From contig CM075977.1 in NCBI GenBank assembly GCA_038087875.1, forward strand, positions 17,794,001 through 17,858,000: a DNA stretch of 64,000 nt. The letters run 5' to 3'. This DNA comes from Malacoraja senta. Taxonomy: Eukaryota. Made by a program: the position numbers and the translations under genes. Below are positions 51,290 to 63,830 of the stretch, piece after piece. The notes under the pieces were generated by a model that did not search any database, was not told the DNA's origin, and worked only from the letters and a program-made list of their open reading frames with translations. Within the stretch, counting starts at the first letter, position 1; each line of letters begins with the position of its first letter.

Positions 51290-51952
51290 GGTGATGCCAG
51301 CAATGGCTGCTGTCCCTTATTTCTTTGTTGTTTGATAGTATGTGCTAAATGTATGTTTTTAGTGTTATATTAAGTTTTAGCTTGATTTATATTGGGGATG
51401 GGAAACTTTTTTTAATCTCTTACCTCAACAGAGATGCAATTTCTTTTTGTATCGTATCTCTTCCTCCACACTGCAGCCTAACATCAAAGAGTTGGCGGCC
51501 TTTGCTGGAAACCGACTTCGGGAGTTCCAACCACGGGAGCCTGCGGACTTACCATTGTGGAGCTCGCGATCCCTGCTGGGGATTGACTTTGGAGCTCCAA
51601 CCGCGGAAGACTGTGGACTTTAACATCATAGTGCTCATGGTCTCTGGTTAGAGACCGACTCTGGGAGCTCCAAGCCGCAGGAGCTTTGACTGCCCCGACG
51701 CGGGGGCTTCAATTGCCAGCTGCAGGAGCTTCGATCGCCCCGGCCGCGGGAGAATAATGAGGAAGTAGATTAGAATTTATTGCCTTCCATCACAGTGAGG
51801 AACGTGGGGAATCCGCTGTGGTGGATGTTTATGTTAACTTTTATGTAGTTGTGTGTCTTGTTGCTTTGTTTTTTAAGTATGGCTGTATGGTAATTCGAAT
51901 TTCACTGTACCCTTGGTACATGTGTCAATAAACTGTCCTTGAAATCTTGAAA
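51290..51952 (+). mobile_element. GC-rich non-autonomous retroposon (LINE-tail type)
   Basis: Shares a CCATCACAGTGAG block with the opposite-strand copy at 52210-53010. Ends ...GTCAATAAA plus a short repeat tail. Confidence 0.5.
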
Positions 51953-52209
51953 CCTATTGCACAAAAATATCACCAAAGTTTGATCAAAATTATTTATGAA
52001 CATGGCAAACAAATCTGGTAGTTAGAAACAGAAGATCATGAAAGAATCTTAATTGCATAAAACAGTTAACACAGTTAGCCAAAAATCTAAATGCCATTGA
52101 TGGAAACATCATTCACTTCTGACAGTAGTTTACTATATTATGACCTTAAAGTTGTTATATAATTGCTTGCTGTTATTGTTCATTGGTGTTGTACCAAATG
52201 GCAATCCAG

Positions 52210-53010
52210 AATAGAATGGGAATAGAATTTCCCTTATGTCATTCAAACAAAGGTTTGAATGAAATTCCGTCCCATGCAGTCATGACAGCAAAAAAAAACC
52301 AGCACACAATTAACACAGTTTAACACAAACATCCATCACTGTGAATCTCCAGACACCCCCTCACTGTGATGGAATGCTAAAAGTATTATCTCTTCCCTGC
52401 TTCTTATCGGGCGGTCAGGCAGTCAACTGCTTCGTCGAGGCGAGCGAGGCTCTTGATGTTAAAGCCCCCGGCAAGCGATGGTAAATCCCGTGGCTGATTA
52501 AGCCACGCCGGGCGATGAAAGGTCCTGCGACGGGCCGATTCAAACCCCGCGATTCGGGGCGGACGAAGCTGCCGTTGTGGGAGTTCCCGAAAATCGGTCT
52601 CCTACCAGGGAACTACGAGCTCCCGATGTTACCGTCCACACGGCCCACCGCCGAAGCCTCCGAAGCCCCAAAGTCGGGTCGCAGCCGCAGCGCCACCACA
52701 GCCTCCGAAGTCAGCCAGCTCAGTGATGGTAAGTCCACAGGCTCTGCGACCGGAGCCCTCAGATCGATTCCAGTTGGAGGCCGCCGGGTCCATGATGTTA
52801 GGCCTCAGCGAAAACGGAGACACGACAAGGAAAAGGTCGCGTCCCCGTTCAAGGAAGAGATTAAGTTTCCCCCCCCCCCCACATATACACAACTAAAAAT
52901 AAACCAAAACATACTTCTAACAAGACAAAAAAAAAAGACGAAAAGAAAAAAAGACAAACGGACTGCAGGCGAGCCGCAGCTGCTTGGGCAGCGCCGCCAC
53001 TTCCGGATCT
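52210..53010 (-). mobile_element. GC-rich non-autonomous retroposon related to 51290-51952
   Basis: CpG-rich body, CTCACTGTGATGG block, (ATTCT/ATTCC)n tail. Its ORFs resemble no protein I recognise. Confidence 0.5.
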
Positions 53011-53245
53011 AGATATTAAATTCTATTCAGTTGACTGGGCGTAAAGAGGTCTTTGATGGCTCAAATTTTTTAAGCTAATGGAACGTGAAACATGTTGTTC
53101 TTAGTTTAACCTTAAAATGCATTCAATATTATTGAAGATGGGGATTTAAAAATCAAATGAATAGACAAATAATAACTCTGTTGGTTCTAGAATTCCATAA
53201 CTCCATCCCAATTGTTCTAAAATCCAAAAACCTACATTCCTATAC

Positions 53246-53254
53246 CTATAATGT
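53246..53254 (-). CDS. Candidate 9-nt RIMS2 microexon ACATTATAG, (R)HY(R)
   Basis: catctgtgctgttcttctag|A CAT TAT AG|gtatag. Phase 2-2 with an upstream TGC. Confidence 0.35.
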   Translation of the reverse strand, partial: TL

Positions 53255-53730
53255 CTAGAAGAACAGCACAGATGAGGATTAGAATCAGACCAATGTTTCA
53301 CCAATTTATTTCCACATCCATCTACTGAATGTCCACTGAAGTTGTTAACTTTAAAAGTAGTTACCACAAACATGTGGGTTCCTGCAGGAAGTGACTGTTA
53401 ATTTCAATGCAGAACTTGATCCCATGAAGCCCCATTCAGCCAAATAAACATACATTTGCTGAAACTATTCCATAAGTGGCTAATTTGGGAGGTGGGGTAG
53501 GTTTAAAGTTATCTTCAATGCTTCACTCACTGTAACTGTACTCTGGGATTAAGCATTCTTAAACACATGAGACACTTAAATCTGTTGCAAAAATGTTATG
53601 CCCATTATCTAAAAAGTATTTGCTCCATATAATATCAATTCTTGCTGAGAACATCCCCTGTTTGATAATTTCCAAACAGCTACTGTTAAAATCATTAGTG
53701 ATCTGTGCCACCCATAGATTCATACCTTTA

Positions 53731-54534
53731 AGGGCCTGTCCCACTTGGCCGTCATTTGCGCGCCATTTACGCGACCTCCAAAAATGTGGTCATCGCGTTG
53801 TGACGCACGGGTAGCGTGGGACAGGCGCATGGAGAGGCGTGGAGGAGTATGGAGTTGCGCGCGGTATCGCGCAGCGCTCCAGGATTTCGTGCTGCACTAA
53901 ATCTTCGCGCGCCATGGGCGTGGCGTATCGCTTACGCACACGGACGTCCTGCGGTTGCACGCTGACGTCCTGACCTCGTACGTGTAGTGCATGGTGACGC
54001 ATGATTACATCACCGCGCCTAACCATTCGCCGCCGCACGCCGCCCATACGCAGTCAGCCACAATGAGACAATAATTAAGCCGTAAGCATCAATGCTTTCA
54101 GAGTAATGCCTTCAAAGTAACACCTTAATAAGTATTTTTCAAACATCCTTAGTTAAGGAATTTTTCGAAAGTTAACATCCAGGTAAGGATTGCAGGTTTT
54201 ATATCCTAAAAGAACACTAGTAACCAAATTAGTTTTTTTTTTAAATAACCACCAACAATTTTACTAACACCATTTAAAAAAAAATTGCAAACTAATTCTT
54301 AAGCTGGGTTCAAACCCTCAAACTGCTATAATGGAATACAATTTTGTGTTGTTGGGAGTATTTCAGAAAGTTTAAAAGTAAATGAATTTTTCCAGCAAAC
54401 AATAATTTTATCAATGATTCACTTAACAAATGATGTCAATACGCTGACTAATTCTACTTGCAGAGCAGATAAAATATTTGAAGTCAGTCACTACCGGCCT
54501 GTCGCGTAAATGACGGCCAAGTGGGACAGGCCCT
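53731..54534. mobile_element. PIF/Harbinger-type MITE with TTA TSD and AT-rich cargo
   Basis: 32-bp TIR with 1 mismatch, AGGGCCTGTCCCACTTGGCCGTCATTT(G/A)CGCG. TTA at 53728-53730 and 54535-54537. Empty paralogous site at 51158-51160. Confidence 0.88.
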
Positions 54535-54688
54535 TTACCGTAAAATGAATCTGAACTCTGTTGACCTATTGAGCTTATTCTGTTGTGCTGCAGCAAGTAA
54601 GAATGTCATTGTCCCATCCGGGACATATGACAATAAAACACTCTTCACTCTTGACTTGAAAACTGTAGACCACCGGGTGGCGCCAACA

Positions 54689-55040
54689 ATCCAGAACCAG
54701 GGGCCACTAATCCAGAACCAGGGGCCACTAATCCAGAACCAGGGGCCACAGTTTAAGAATAAGGGGTAAGGCATTTAGAACGGAGATGAGGAAACACTTT
54801 TCACACAGAGAGTAGTGAGTCTGCGGAATTCTCTGCCTCACTGGGCGGTGGAGGTCGGTTCTCTGGATACTTTCAAGAGAGAGTTAGATAGGGCTCTTAA
54901 AGATAGCAGAGTCAGGGGATATGGGGAGAAGGCAGGAACGAGGTACTGATTGTGGATGATCAGCCATGATCACATTGAATGGCGGTGCTGGCTCAATGGG
55001 CCGAATGGCCTACTCCTGCACCTATTGTCTATTGTCTATT
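54689..55040 (+). mobile_element. CR1 3' fragment with a 21-bp triplication at its 5' junction
   Basis: (ATCCAGAACCAGGGGCCACTA)x3 leads into CR1 sequence. (TATTGTC)n tail. Confidence 0.85.
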
Positions 55041-55698
55041 GATCTTCTAAATCTGCACCCATACATTTTGATTAAAATTGGAAATTATATTAAGCTAAAA
55101 CGTCTTCTCGGTTGCATGAATTTTATTCTGCTTCATAATAAGAAATTGCTGGGTCAATTCACTCATTGAGATCTGATCAGGAAAGGGTAAAGGATACTGG
55201 ATGAGAATAATTTGCCCAGAAATGGGATTAGTAAGAGATTATGTACATTGTTTTTATGTAAATCTTGCAGCAAAAAAAAAGTTTTATTTATGAAGTGTTT
55301 GTCACATTTCTGACAGAAACCTTGCTCCAGAAAAAAATGGACTAGGCAGTTCCTGATAAGATTCACATACATGAGGGATAATCCTGAGTTGATGACCCAC
55401 AACCTTCACTGAAAGTCATTTGCCACAAGTGAATTAAAAGGACTCAGCTATGACGTTGTTTTCATTTTCACTGCAAACCCAACAATGATTTTAAAGTGAT
55501 GTAATTTGCATACAGGCAGCACTTATAAAGCTCTATGTATCCGATCCAGTATTTATGGGACAGACGCCAAGATCTATATACCCATCCTGAGTGTTCTCCA
55601 TCGAATGCCCAGATCACAGCACTAAGTGGAATCATGGTTGGGGTCAAGCCATAGCACAGTGGACCATTAAAATGCAACTTTTAAATCCTCTATGCACA

Positions 55699-56215
55699 AT
55701 TATAGCCATAGAGGGAGTGCAGAGAAGGTTCACCAGACTGATTCCTGGGATGTCAGGACTTTCATATGAAGAAAGACTGGATAGACTTGGCTTATACTCG
55801 CTAGAATTTAGGAGATTGAGAGGGGATCTTATAGAAACGTACAAAATTCTTATGGGGTTGGACAGGCTAGATGCAGGAAGATTGTTCCCGATGTTGGGGA
55901 AGTCCAGGACAAGGGGGTCACAGCTTAAGGATAAGGGGGAAATCCTTTAAGACCGAGATGAGGAAAAACTTTTTCACACAGAGAGTGGTGAATCTCTGGA
56001 ACTCTCTGCCACAGAGGGTAGTTGAGGCCAGTTCATTGGCTATATTTAAGAGGGAGTTAGATGTGGCCCTTGTGGCTAAGGGGATCAGGGGGTATGGAGA
56101 GAAGGCAGGTACGGGATACTGAGTTGGATGATCAGCCATGATCATATTGAATGGCGGTGCAGGCTCGAAGGGCCGAATGGCCTACTCCTGCACCTATTTT
56201 CTATGTATCTATATG
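55699..56215 (+). mobile_element. CR1 3' fragment, near-identical to 2592-3105
   Basis: Direct comparison shows only a few substitutions and homopolymer indels. Confidence 0.95.
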
Positions 56216-57359
56216 TAAACCTCCCCTTCCCCTCCTCAATTCACCCCCCCCCCCTGCTTAATTTCCCACCTACCTCAGTCTACTCCTTTCCTAATTATTC
56301 TCCTCACACAACTCGTGGCCCTCATATTCCAGATCTCCAGTCTTTTTAACACATCAAAAATGTATGAACTCTAGTTACGACACAATTGTACTTATTTTTT
56401 ATATTTTCTGGAAACCAAAGGTCAGAAAAAGCTGAGAGGTGATGACTCCGAGCAGAAGCTTCTTTGGTACATAGGTTTCCCATTCTAACTTGGAATCTCA
56501 GCTGTTTTGATACTTAAAATTGTTTGTTAAAATAACTAAACTGCATGTATCTTGTTCACCTCTATGTCCTACACTCTAGTTGCAGTCACCATCCAATTAC
56601 AATGGTTCATGCAAAGTGCTGGAGTAACTCAGCAGGTTAGGCAGTATCTCTGGAGAACATGGATAGATGACATTTCTAGTTGAGACCCTTCTTCAGACTT
56701 CAGAATATACATTGGTGCCTATTTCCAAATGGCTCAGGTTCAAAGCCTTAATTTCAAATGTCTCTGAGAGCTTAATGTGCCAAATCTTCAGTATCTTAAA
56801 CTAATGCCACATTATTTTACAGCCACCCAATTAGGCATTATCCCTTCTCTGTGTCTAAAGGCAGAGAGGAATAGAAAGAAGGCCAAATGGTGGACAAAGG
56901 CCAAATTGTGTGTGGGAGAGTTGGACCTCCTCTCTTCATGCCATTTACCACCATTTACCTTTAAGGAGCAAAATGGAAAGAGAAAAACATAAATAATTGA
57001 ATGGCATACTCTAAAGACAAGCAAGATATAGGGAAAAGAAGAGCAAGAGAGAGAAAACAAGGCAGGGAATGAACCTTCGCATACACTAAGAGGAACAGCA
57101 TCGGTATTGCACTGATCTCCAATAAAAATGTCAGGTGCCTTGTTGTCAACAAGATACAAGTCAAAAACCATAATTTTATATCTCACATTTTTGTACATCT
57201 TCCACACATTCTTAATTATTATTTGATTTCCTCAGAAAAAATCAGCTGGTGTCTACCATTTTTAGGGATTCACTAACATATATAAAAAGGATCTAGAGGT
57301 AACTAAGCAACTAAGCAATCCTCACATTGTACATAACACCATCTATCTAGGATCAATAC

Positions 57360-57437
57360 CTCATTTCCTCAGCTGGCTCACTCAGTTCAGCTTCCGAATG
57401 GGATGCATGATCTGGCACAACTTCGACTGTTTCACTC
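57360..57437 (-). CDS. RIMS2: Candidate RIMS2 cassette exon, 78 nt, phase 2-2, (R)SETVEVVPDHASHSEAELSEPAEEM(R)
   Basis: tttttgtgttcttttcaattgctcctactacaatag|G AGT GAA...GAA ATG AG|gtattg. Open frame, phase compatible with the 180-nt exon. Confidence 0.55.
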
Positions 57438-60139
57438 CTATTGTAGTAGGAGCAATTGAAAAGAACACAAAAACCCACAACATTCATGTCACTTGCTCAA
57501 TTAAAGGGATAAGGAATCTAACTAGAAGAGTTTGGGAAAATGGTAAAAAAAAAAAGAGAAACGATTCTATACAAACTTCACTAAAATGCGAGTTTTAAAG
57601 ACTTTCCAGTTTTTCCTTAGTTATTTATCTACAGTTGTTATATGCTGGAAGGCAATACCATGTATCACTACATAATTTATTGGTGAAAATAGACTTAATT
57701 ATAATTCCTTTACACAACAATAAAGGTTCTGACGTGTTCACAACTATGCCATTTCTGCTATTCATATGGACATATTCAACAGAATGGAATGCTTATTACA
57801 GTAATGAACATCTTATAATTCAAGCAATTTTTTGATATTATTTTATATCCATTTTGGGGATGTAAATGGTATCTAAACAAATTGGAATTCAGCAGAGCAG
57901 TTATATTCTAAATATGTATTTGAAAGATAACTATACTAATTAATTTGTACAATTTCTCTTTGGCTGGCAACTGATTATGAATGACACCAAGGCTTGGAAT
58001 ATATCTAATATATAACAGATGGAAATATTTAGCTAAGACAACTTTAAGTTTAATTTATGGAATGTTGGATGGGGTGGATGGAAGCTGAAGCACCCTATGC
58101 AAATGTAATTGACCACTCATTTTCATGACTGTTTTTATACTCATTCTCCCTTGGGAGGTGGGGAGGAATGAGACCAAGGAAACCTACCCTTGTCTAAAGT
58201 TGGTAAATATAGCTTTCAGAGAAGCTTGGCTGACTCGCCATTATACCCATTATACAGGGTCAGGGGTTTTGGAGAGAAATCAGGAGAATGGGGTTAGGAG
58301 GGAGAGATAGATCAGCCATGATTGAATGGCAGAGTAGACTTGATGGGTCGAATGGCCTAATTCTGCTCCTGTCACTTAGGGCCTTAGACCTTTATACGTG
58401 TGAGTTTGGAGATACATGTCAACTATTCAGTAATGTTACAGCATCAGAGTCAAATTCAGCCATTCACTTGGGATCCACACATGTGCATGTGCACTTCTGG
58501 CAACAACGATGGTACAATGGAACCAATAAAGAATGGAACTTACACTTTTAAAGGTTTTGCCCTGTTTGGCACTGTGCCTGCTATATTAGACACTGATAAT
58601 CCAAATTATTGAAAGCATTGCAGGAAGGGTTTGCTGGCCACATAAATAATTGCTGACAATGTTTCATGGTGATGCCAGGATACCTCTCTTCTCACAATAC
58701 CATTATGCGTCAGATGATTCTGAAAAACCATGATCTCAATCTAATATTTTGGTTCCTTCATCAATATCTAATCTTTTGGTACCATATTGTAGTGGATGCT
58801 GACAAAAGCTGTCTGAGAATATGTTATCACTTCTCTTCACTTTTGAACATAGGATCTGCAGTGGGAAACTTCCAAACGCGCAACTTTAGCTGCAATTTAT
58901 ATAATGGATATGATCTGCTATTCTGGCACTAAACAGAGCTATATGCAACACAAGACATTGACACAATTTTGCAAACATTTGTATATTTGACAAATTGTTT
59001 GGGTGGAAGAGGCTGCACATTGTCCCAGGACCCTACACATAAACTACGCTGATATCAGTGCTGCACTATATTCAAACTCAATATATTTAGACATGGCAAG
59101 AAGCTATTCAAAATAAATATCAGATTAATTTAACTTTGCAAAAATGGGATGAGCACATGCATCAAGTCCTCCCACAAAAATGATTTACAAATAGATAATG
59201 TATGCACTGGTCAACCTCCAACTGGTTTCTTTAGTTCCATTATTGATCTAAGATGACAAAGCGACCAATAGAGAATATTACAGGAAGAGTAGGAAAGAAC
59301 ACCAACTCATTAGGGCACGTGATGTTCCATGGGGGGGGGGGGTGATTTACCTGTAGCCATATCTTCAGATTTACCATTGATGTAGCAGGCCACATCTGAA
59401 CCTTTATTTTATGCAAACTACTGAACCCTGGACCCATCAAGAAGCTATCAGTTAAGATAGGCTTACACCACGGTGGATGTTTGTGGTATAGTGGAGTCAG
59501 GGGATACAGGGAGAAGGCAGGAACGGGGTACTGATTGTGGGTGATCAGCCATGATCACATTGAATGGTCGTGCTGGCTCGAAGGGCCGAATGGCCTACTC
59601 CTGCACCTATTATCTATTGTATCAGTTGTTATTAAAGAGAAGTTGAGGGATGAGAATGAGAGAAGGGGGCAGAACAAATGTCTACATTCATCAACTGCTC
59701 CCTGCCCCTGGCTCATAGATAATGAATAATCAAAGTATATTCCGCAATACCAAATACCTGTCTCTAGGCCCTTATCCTCAATAGCCACAGCAACAAAGAC
59801 AATCTTTCATTAATTACCATTGAAGAGAATTGAGTTTGCATTCACTCTTCCTGGTTCCACACCAATTAGTGTTGTAGCCTCTCAGAATGTTACTAGTTCC
59901 CACCAAAAGTACTGAAATATCCCACTTTTGTCCTGTCACCCAAGCAAAGAGTCTTTTATCCTAACCCTCATTTTACTACTCTTTGCAATTTCAGTGTAAC
60001 TGACATCTTCATCTTTCCCCCAGAATCCATGTGAATCATATAATACCTCTCCGAGTCTCAATCTCCAATATCACTCCATAAATTCTACCTTCATGATTAT
60101 TTCCTTCTTTCCTTTCTTACATATATTCATCGGATCATG

Positions 60140-61320
60140 AGTTCTGATGTAATTATGGGGGACTCGAATCTTCGAACAGTTTGCACTAATCAAACTGGCC
60201 AAAAGTAATTTGGAGTATAGAATGCATTCAGAAGAGTTTCCTACAGTAATACATCATGAAATCAACAAGGGACAGACAGTCATGGAACTTGTCTTGTGTA
60301 ACGAATCAAAATTCATTAGTAATTATATAGTAAGTGATCCTCCAAGGACAATTGATCACAATGTGACAGAATTTTAAATATATTTGTCAAAAACTGCAGG
60401 CATAGTTTGGTTAGAAACTGGAGAATTAAAATTGTGTAACTAACCAAATGGGGATTGGGGACAATATTGGCCAGGCAAAGATTGAAAAAATAGACAAAAT
60501 AATTTACCAGTGGACAATGACAAACATTTGAAGAAATGCTTCTTAATTCTTAAGAAATGTACATTCCATTGTGAAATATAAATCCCATGTAAAATTCATC
60601 CAAGGTTAACTGAAGGATAGTGTAAGACTGAAAGGGATGGCTTCTTGCTAAGCACGGTTGTATACCTGTGGATTGGGAGAAAATGTCACTAGAGATGAAG
60701 GCAACAATCAGGTAATTGCTGCATCAGTAATCAAATACTTCTTTAAACCAGCATTGCAGCAGAAGACACAATGACTGTGCCAGGAGGAAAGGAACTAAAG
60801 TGCAAAACTCAGTGAGGAATTCAAGGTCGGTACTATACTAAACTGAAAGTACTGAAGAAAAGGGAACAAACCTGATGAATTTCCTTGGAAAAGGACAGTC
60901 TGCATTCAAAGGCTCAAAAACAGATATAGACACATTATTGGAAATACAGTATTGCACAATTCCAGCAGATTGTAAAGAAGTAAATATAACACAATTCAGT
61001 TTTTAAGAAAAGAGGGAGGAAGAAACGGAACTGTTGTCCAGTGAGCTTGAACATTTGTTGCTCCCATATGATAATTAGAGTCAACATTGTTCTATGAAAG
61101 GGACAATACAGTTGGCTAATCTAAGAGGGATATTTAAGATCTGATTAGTATAGTGTAAAATGTGAAACAAATTGATGCAGTATAATTGAATTTTCAAAAG
61201 ACTTCTGATAAAATACCACAGAAAAGGATGTTACACAAAATTAGATCCCAGACATTTTGGGGAAATGCAATACCATCAATAGAGGATTGACTGCAGGATA
61301 GAAAAGAGAGTTGGTCAGGG
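60140..61320 (+). mobile_element. Very old CR1 ORF2 relic (endonuclease to RT)
   Basis: Degenerate IMGD(F)N, ELVLCNE, FQKTSDKIP and IEDW-like motifs. Confidence 0.5.
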
Positions 61321-61754
61321 AATCAACCTCCTGGACCTTCCTTGAACTACTGCTAATGCAAATTATGACCCATGGAGCACAGAAGCAGACCCATTGGGCC
61401 CACCTTGTCCCTGCCAATCATAATGCCTATCTACTCTATTTTTCTGCATTAGGCCCATACGCCTTTCCTATCTAAAATAACAATCCAAATATATTTTAAA
61501 AGCTGGAATTGTATCTGCCTCCAGCACCCCGTCTGACAACTCATTCTAGATAATCATCATTCTCTGTATGAAAAACCTGCCCCGCAAATCTCCTTGAATT
61601 TCTCAGCTCTCACATTAAACTTGTGCACTAGTTCTAGACACCAATTACTTGGGAAAAAGTACTTGATCTATTTGATAAAGCTTTATGATTCTATAAAGCC
61701 TGATAAGGTCACTCCTCCGCTTCCTACATTCCATAAAGAAAGCACATCAGCGCC

Positions 61755-62350
61755 TCTACTTCCTGAGAAGATTATGGAGAGTCGGTTTGTCAAGGAGGAC
61801 TCTCTTGAACTTCTACAGGTGCACAGTAGAGAGCATGCTGACCGGTTGCATCGTGGCTTGGTTCGGCGACTTGTGCGTCCAGGAGCGGAAAAGACTGCAA
61901 AAAGTTGTAAACACTGTCCAGTCCATCATCGGCTCTGACCTCCCTGCCATCGAGGGGATCTACCACAGTCGCTGCCTCAAAAAGGCTGGCAGCATCATCA
62001 AGGACCCACACCATCCTGGCCACACACTCATCTCTCCGCTGCCTTCAGGTAGAAGGTACAGGAGCCTGAAATCTGCAACATCCAGGTTCAGGAACAGCTA
62101 CTTCCCCACAGCCATCAAACTATTAAACTCAACTCAAACAAAAATCTGAACTTTAATAGCCTATTGCACTTTATATGCTTAGTTATGTGTGTGTATATAT
62201 ATATATTCAATGGTATATGGACACACTGATCTGTTCTGTATTTATTTATGCCTACAATATTCTGTTGTGCTGAAGCAAAGCAAGAATTTCATTGTTCTAT
62301 CTGGGACACATGACAATAAACTCTCTTGAACTTGAACTTGATCTTGAACT
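61755..62350 (+). mobile_element. Rex1/Babar-type LINE 3' fragment
   Basis: LLNFYRCTVESMLTGCIVAWFG..DPHHPGH..LPSGRRYRSL..FRNSYFPTAIKLLN. (CTTGAA)n tail. Confidence 0.88.
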
Positions 62351-62710
62351 CAATCCTGATTAACTGCACGACCTGTGGAGGGAAATGAACGGACAACGTT
62401 TCAGGTCAGGACTCTGCTTCAGTCTGATGGGCAGTCTGTCCATTTCCCTGCTGAGTTTCTTCAGCGCTATGTTTTTTGCTTAAGATTCCAGCATCTGCAC
62501 ACTCTTGTGACTTCATTCTCCTTTTTGCCTGTATTTCCCAAATATTGAATTGCTTGGAAGATATCATTTTCATTTTTAGTTACGATAGAGTCAGGTTTCT
62601 GTTATGTCCATTTACATCTATTTGTGCCATTAATTCATCCACTTAGTTTCAGAAGCTTGCACATTCAGATACAGTGCCTTTAAATTTGGCCTTTAAATTT
62701 TTTTCTGTAT

Positions 62711-63297
62711 TAACCATATAACAATTACAGCACGGAAACAGGCCATTTCGACCCTTCTAGTCCATGCCGAACACGTATTCTCCCCTAGTCCCATATACCT
62801 GCGCTCAGACCATAACCCTCCATTCCTTTCCCGTCCATATAACTATCCAATTTATTTTTAAATGATAAAAACGAACCTGCCTCCACCACCTTCACTGGAA
62901 GCTCATTCCACACAGCCACCACTCTCTGAGTAAAGAAGTTCCCCCTCATGTTACCCCTAAACTTCTGTCCCTTAATTCTCAAGTCATGTCCCCTTGTTTG
63001 AATCTTCCCTACTCTCAGTGGGAAAAGCTTATCCATGTCAACTCTGTCTATCCCTCTCATCATTTTAAAGACCTCTATCAAGTCCCCCCTTAACCTTCTG
63101 CGCTCCAAAGAATAAAGCCCTAACTTGTTCAACCTTTCTCTGTAACTTAGTTGCTGAAACCCAGGCAACATTCTAGTAAATCTCCTCTGTACTCTCTCTA
63201 TTTTGTTGACATCCTTCCTATAATTAGGCGACCAAAATTGTACACCATACTCCAGAATTGGCCTCACCAATGCCTTGTACAATTTTAACATTACATC
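62711..63297 (-). mobile_element. CR1 3' fragment (ORF2 C-terminus intact to the stop at 62785)
   Basis: LYKALVRPILEYGVQFWSP..RRRLRGDLIEVFK..FFTQRVVAVWNELP. Confidence 0.93.
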
Positions 63298-63479
63298 GTA
63301 TTGTATTGTATTCTCATCCAATTGTATTCTCATCCAATTTTCTCCTTGCCCATTTCTTACCAAATTGTCTGTTACATTCCACTGTCAGCTTTGTTTTTTC
63401 TCCCTCCTTGACTCTCCTCTCACATGCCCGTCCTCCTACTGATCTAGGTTGAACCTTTCCCAAAGCCACTCGCATAAAT

Positions 63480-63830
63480 TCCTGGGGAGATATTGATCTT
63501 TGTCCCATTGAGGTGTAATTTGGACAGAACCCATCTGCCATATAAAATTAAAGTCTAAATCTTTCAGAAATTCAAATCTTTCTCTCCTTCACCATCTTTC
63601 CAGCTCCCCATTTCTTTGATCTATCTTAATTTTTCTGAACTTGTTATCACATGACCCTGGGAATAATCCTAACATTACTACCAATGTGCATCTACTTTTT
63701 AGCCTTTTACCTTGCTCCCTAAAATGTGATTGAAGGACCTTATCCTTCCTTCCACCTTTGATTTTGGTACCAACATGGACAACTTCTAACTCTTCACATT
63801 TCCCCTTTAGAATGATGTGCAGATTGTGTT
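63480..63830 (-). mobile_element. CR1 ORF1 (SGNH esterase-like) relic
   Basis: EVVHVGT..KVLQSHFREQGKRLKSR..VVMLGLFP..KIDQRNGELERW resembles the CR1 ORF1p esterase domain. Confidence 0.7.

Noticed and set aside
58684-58719. 36-nt AG..GT segment
   Set aside because: Open only in phase 0, incompatible with the phase-2 flanking exons.
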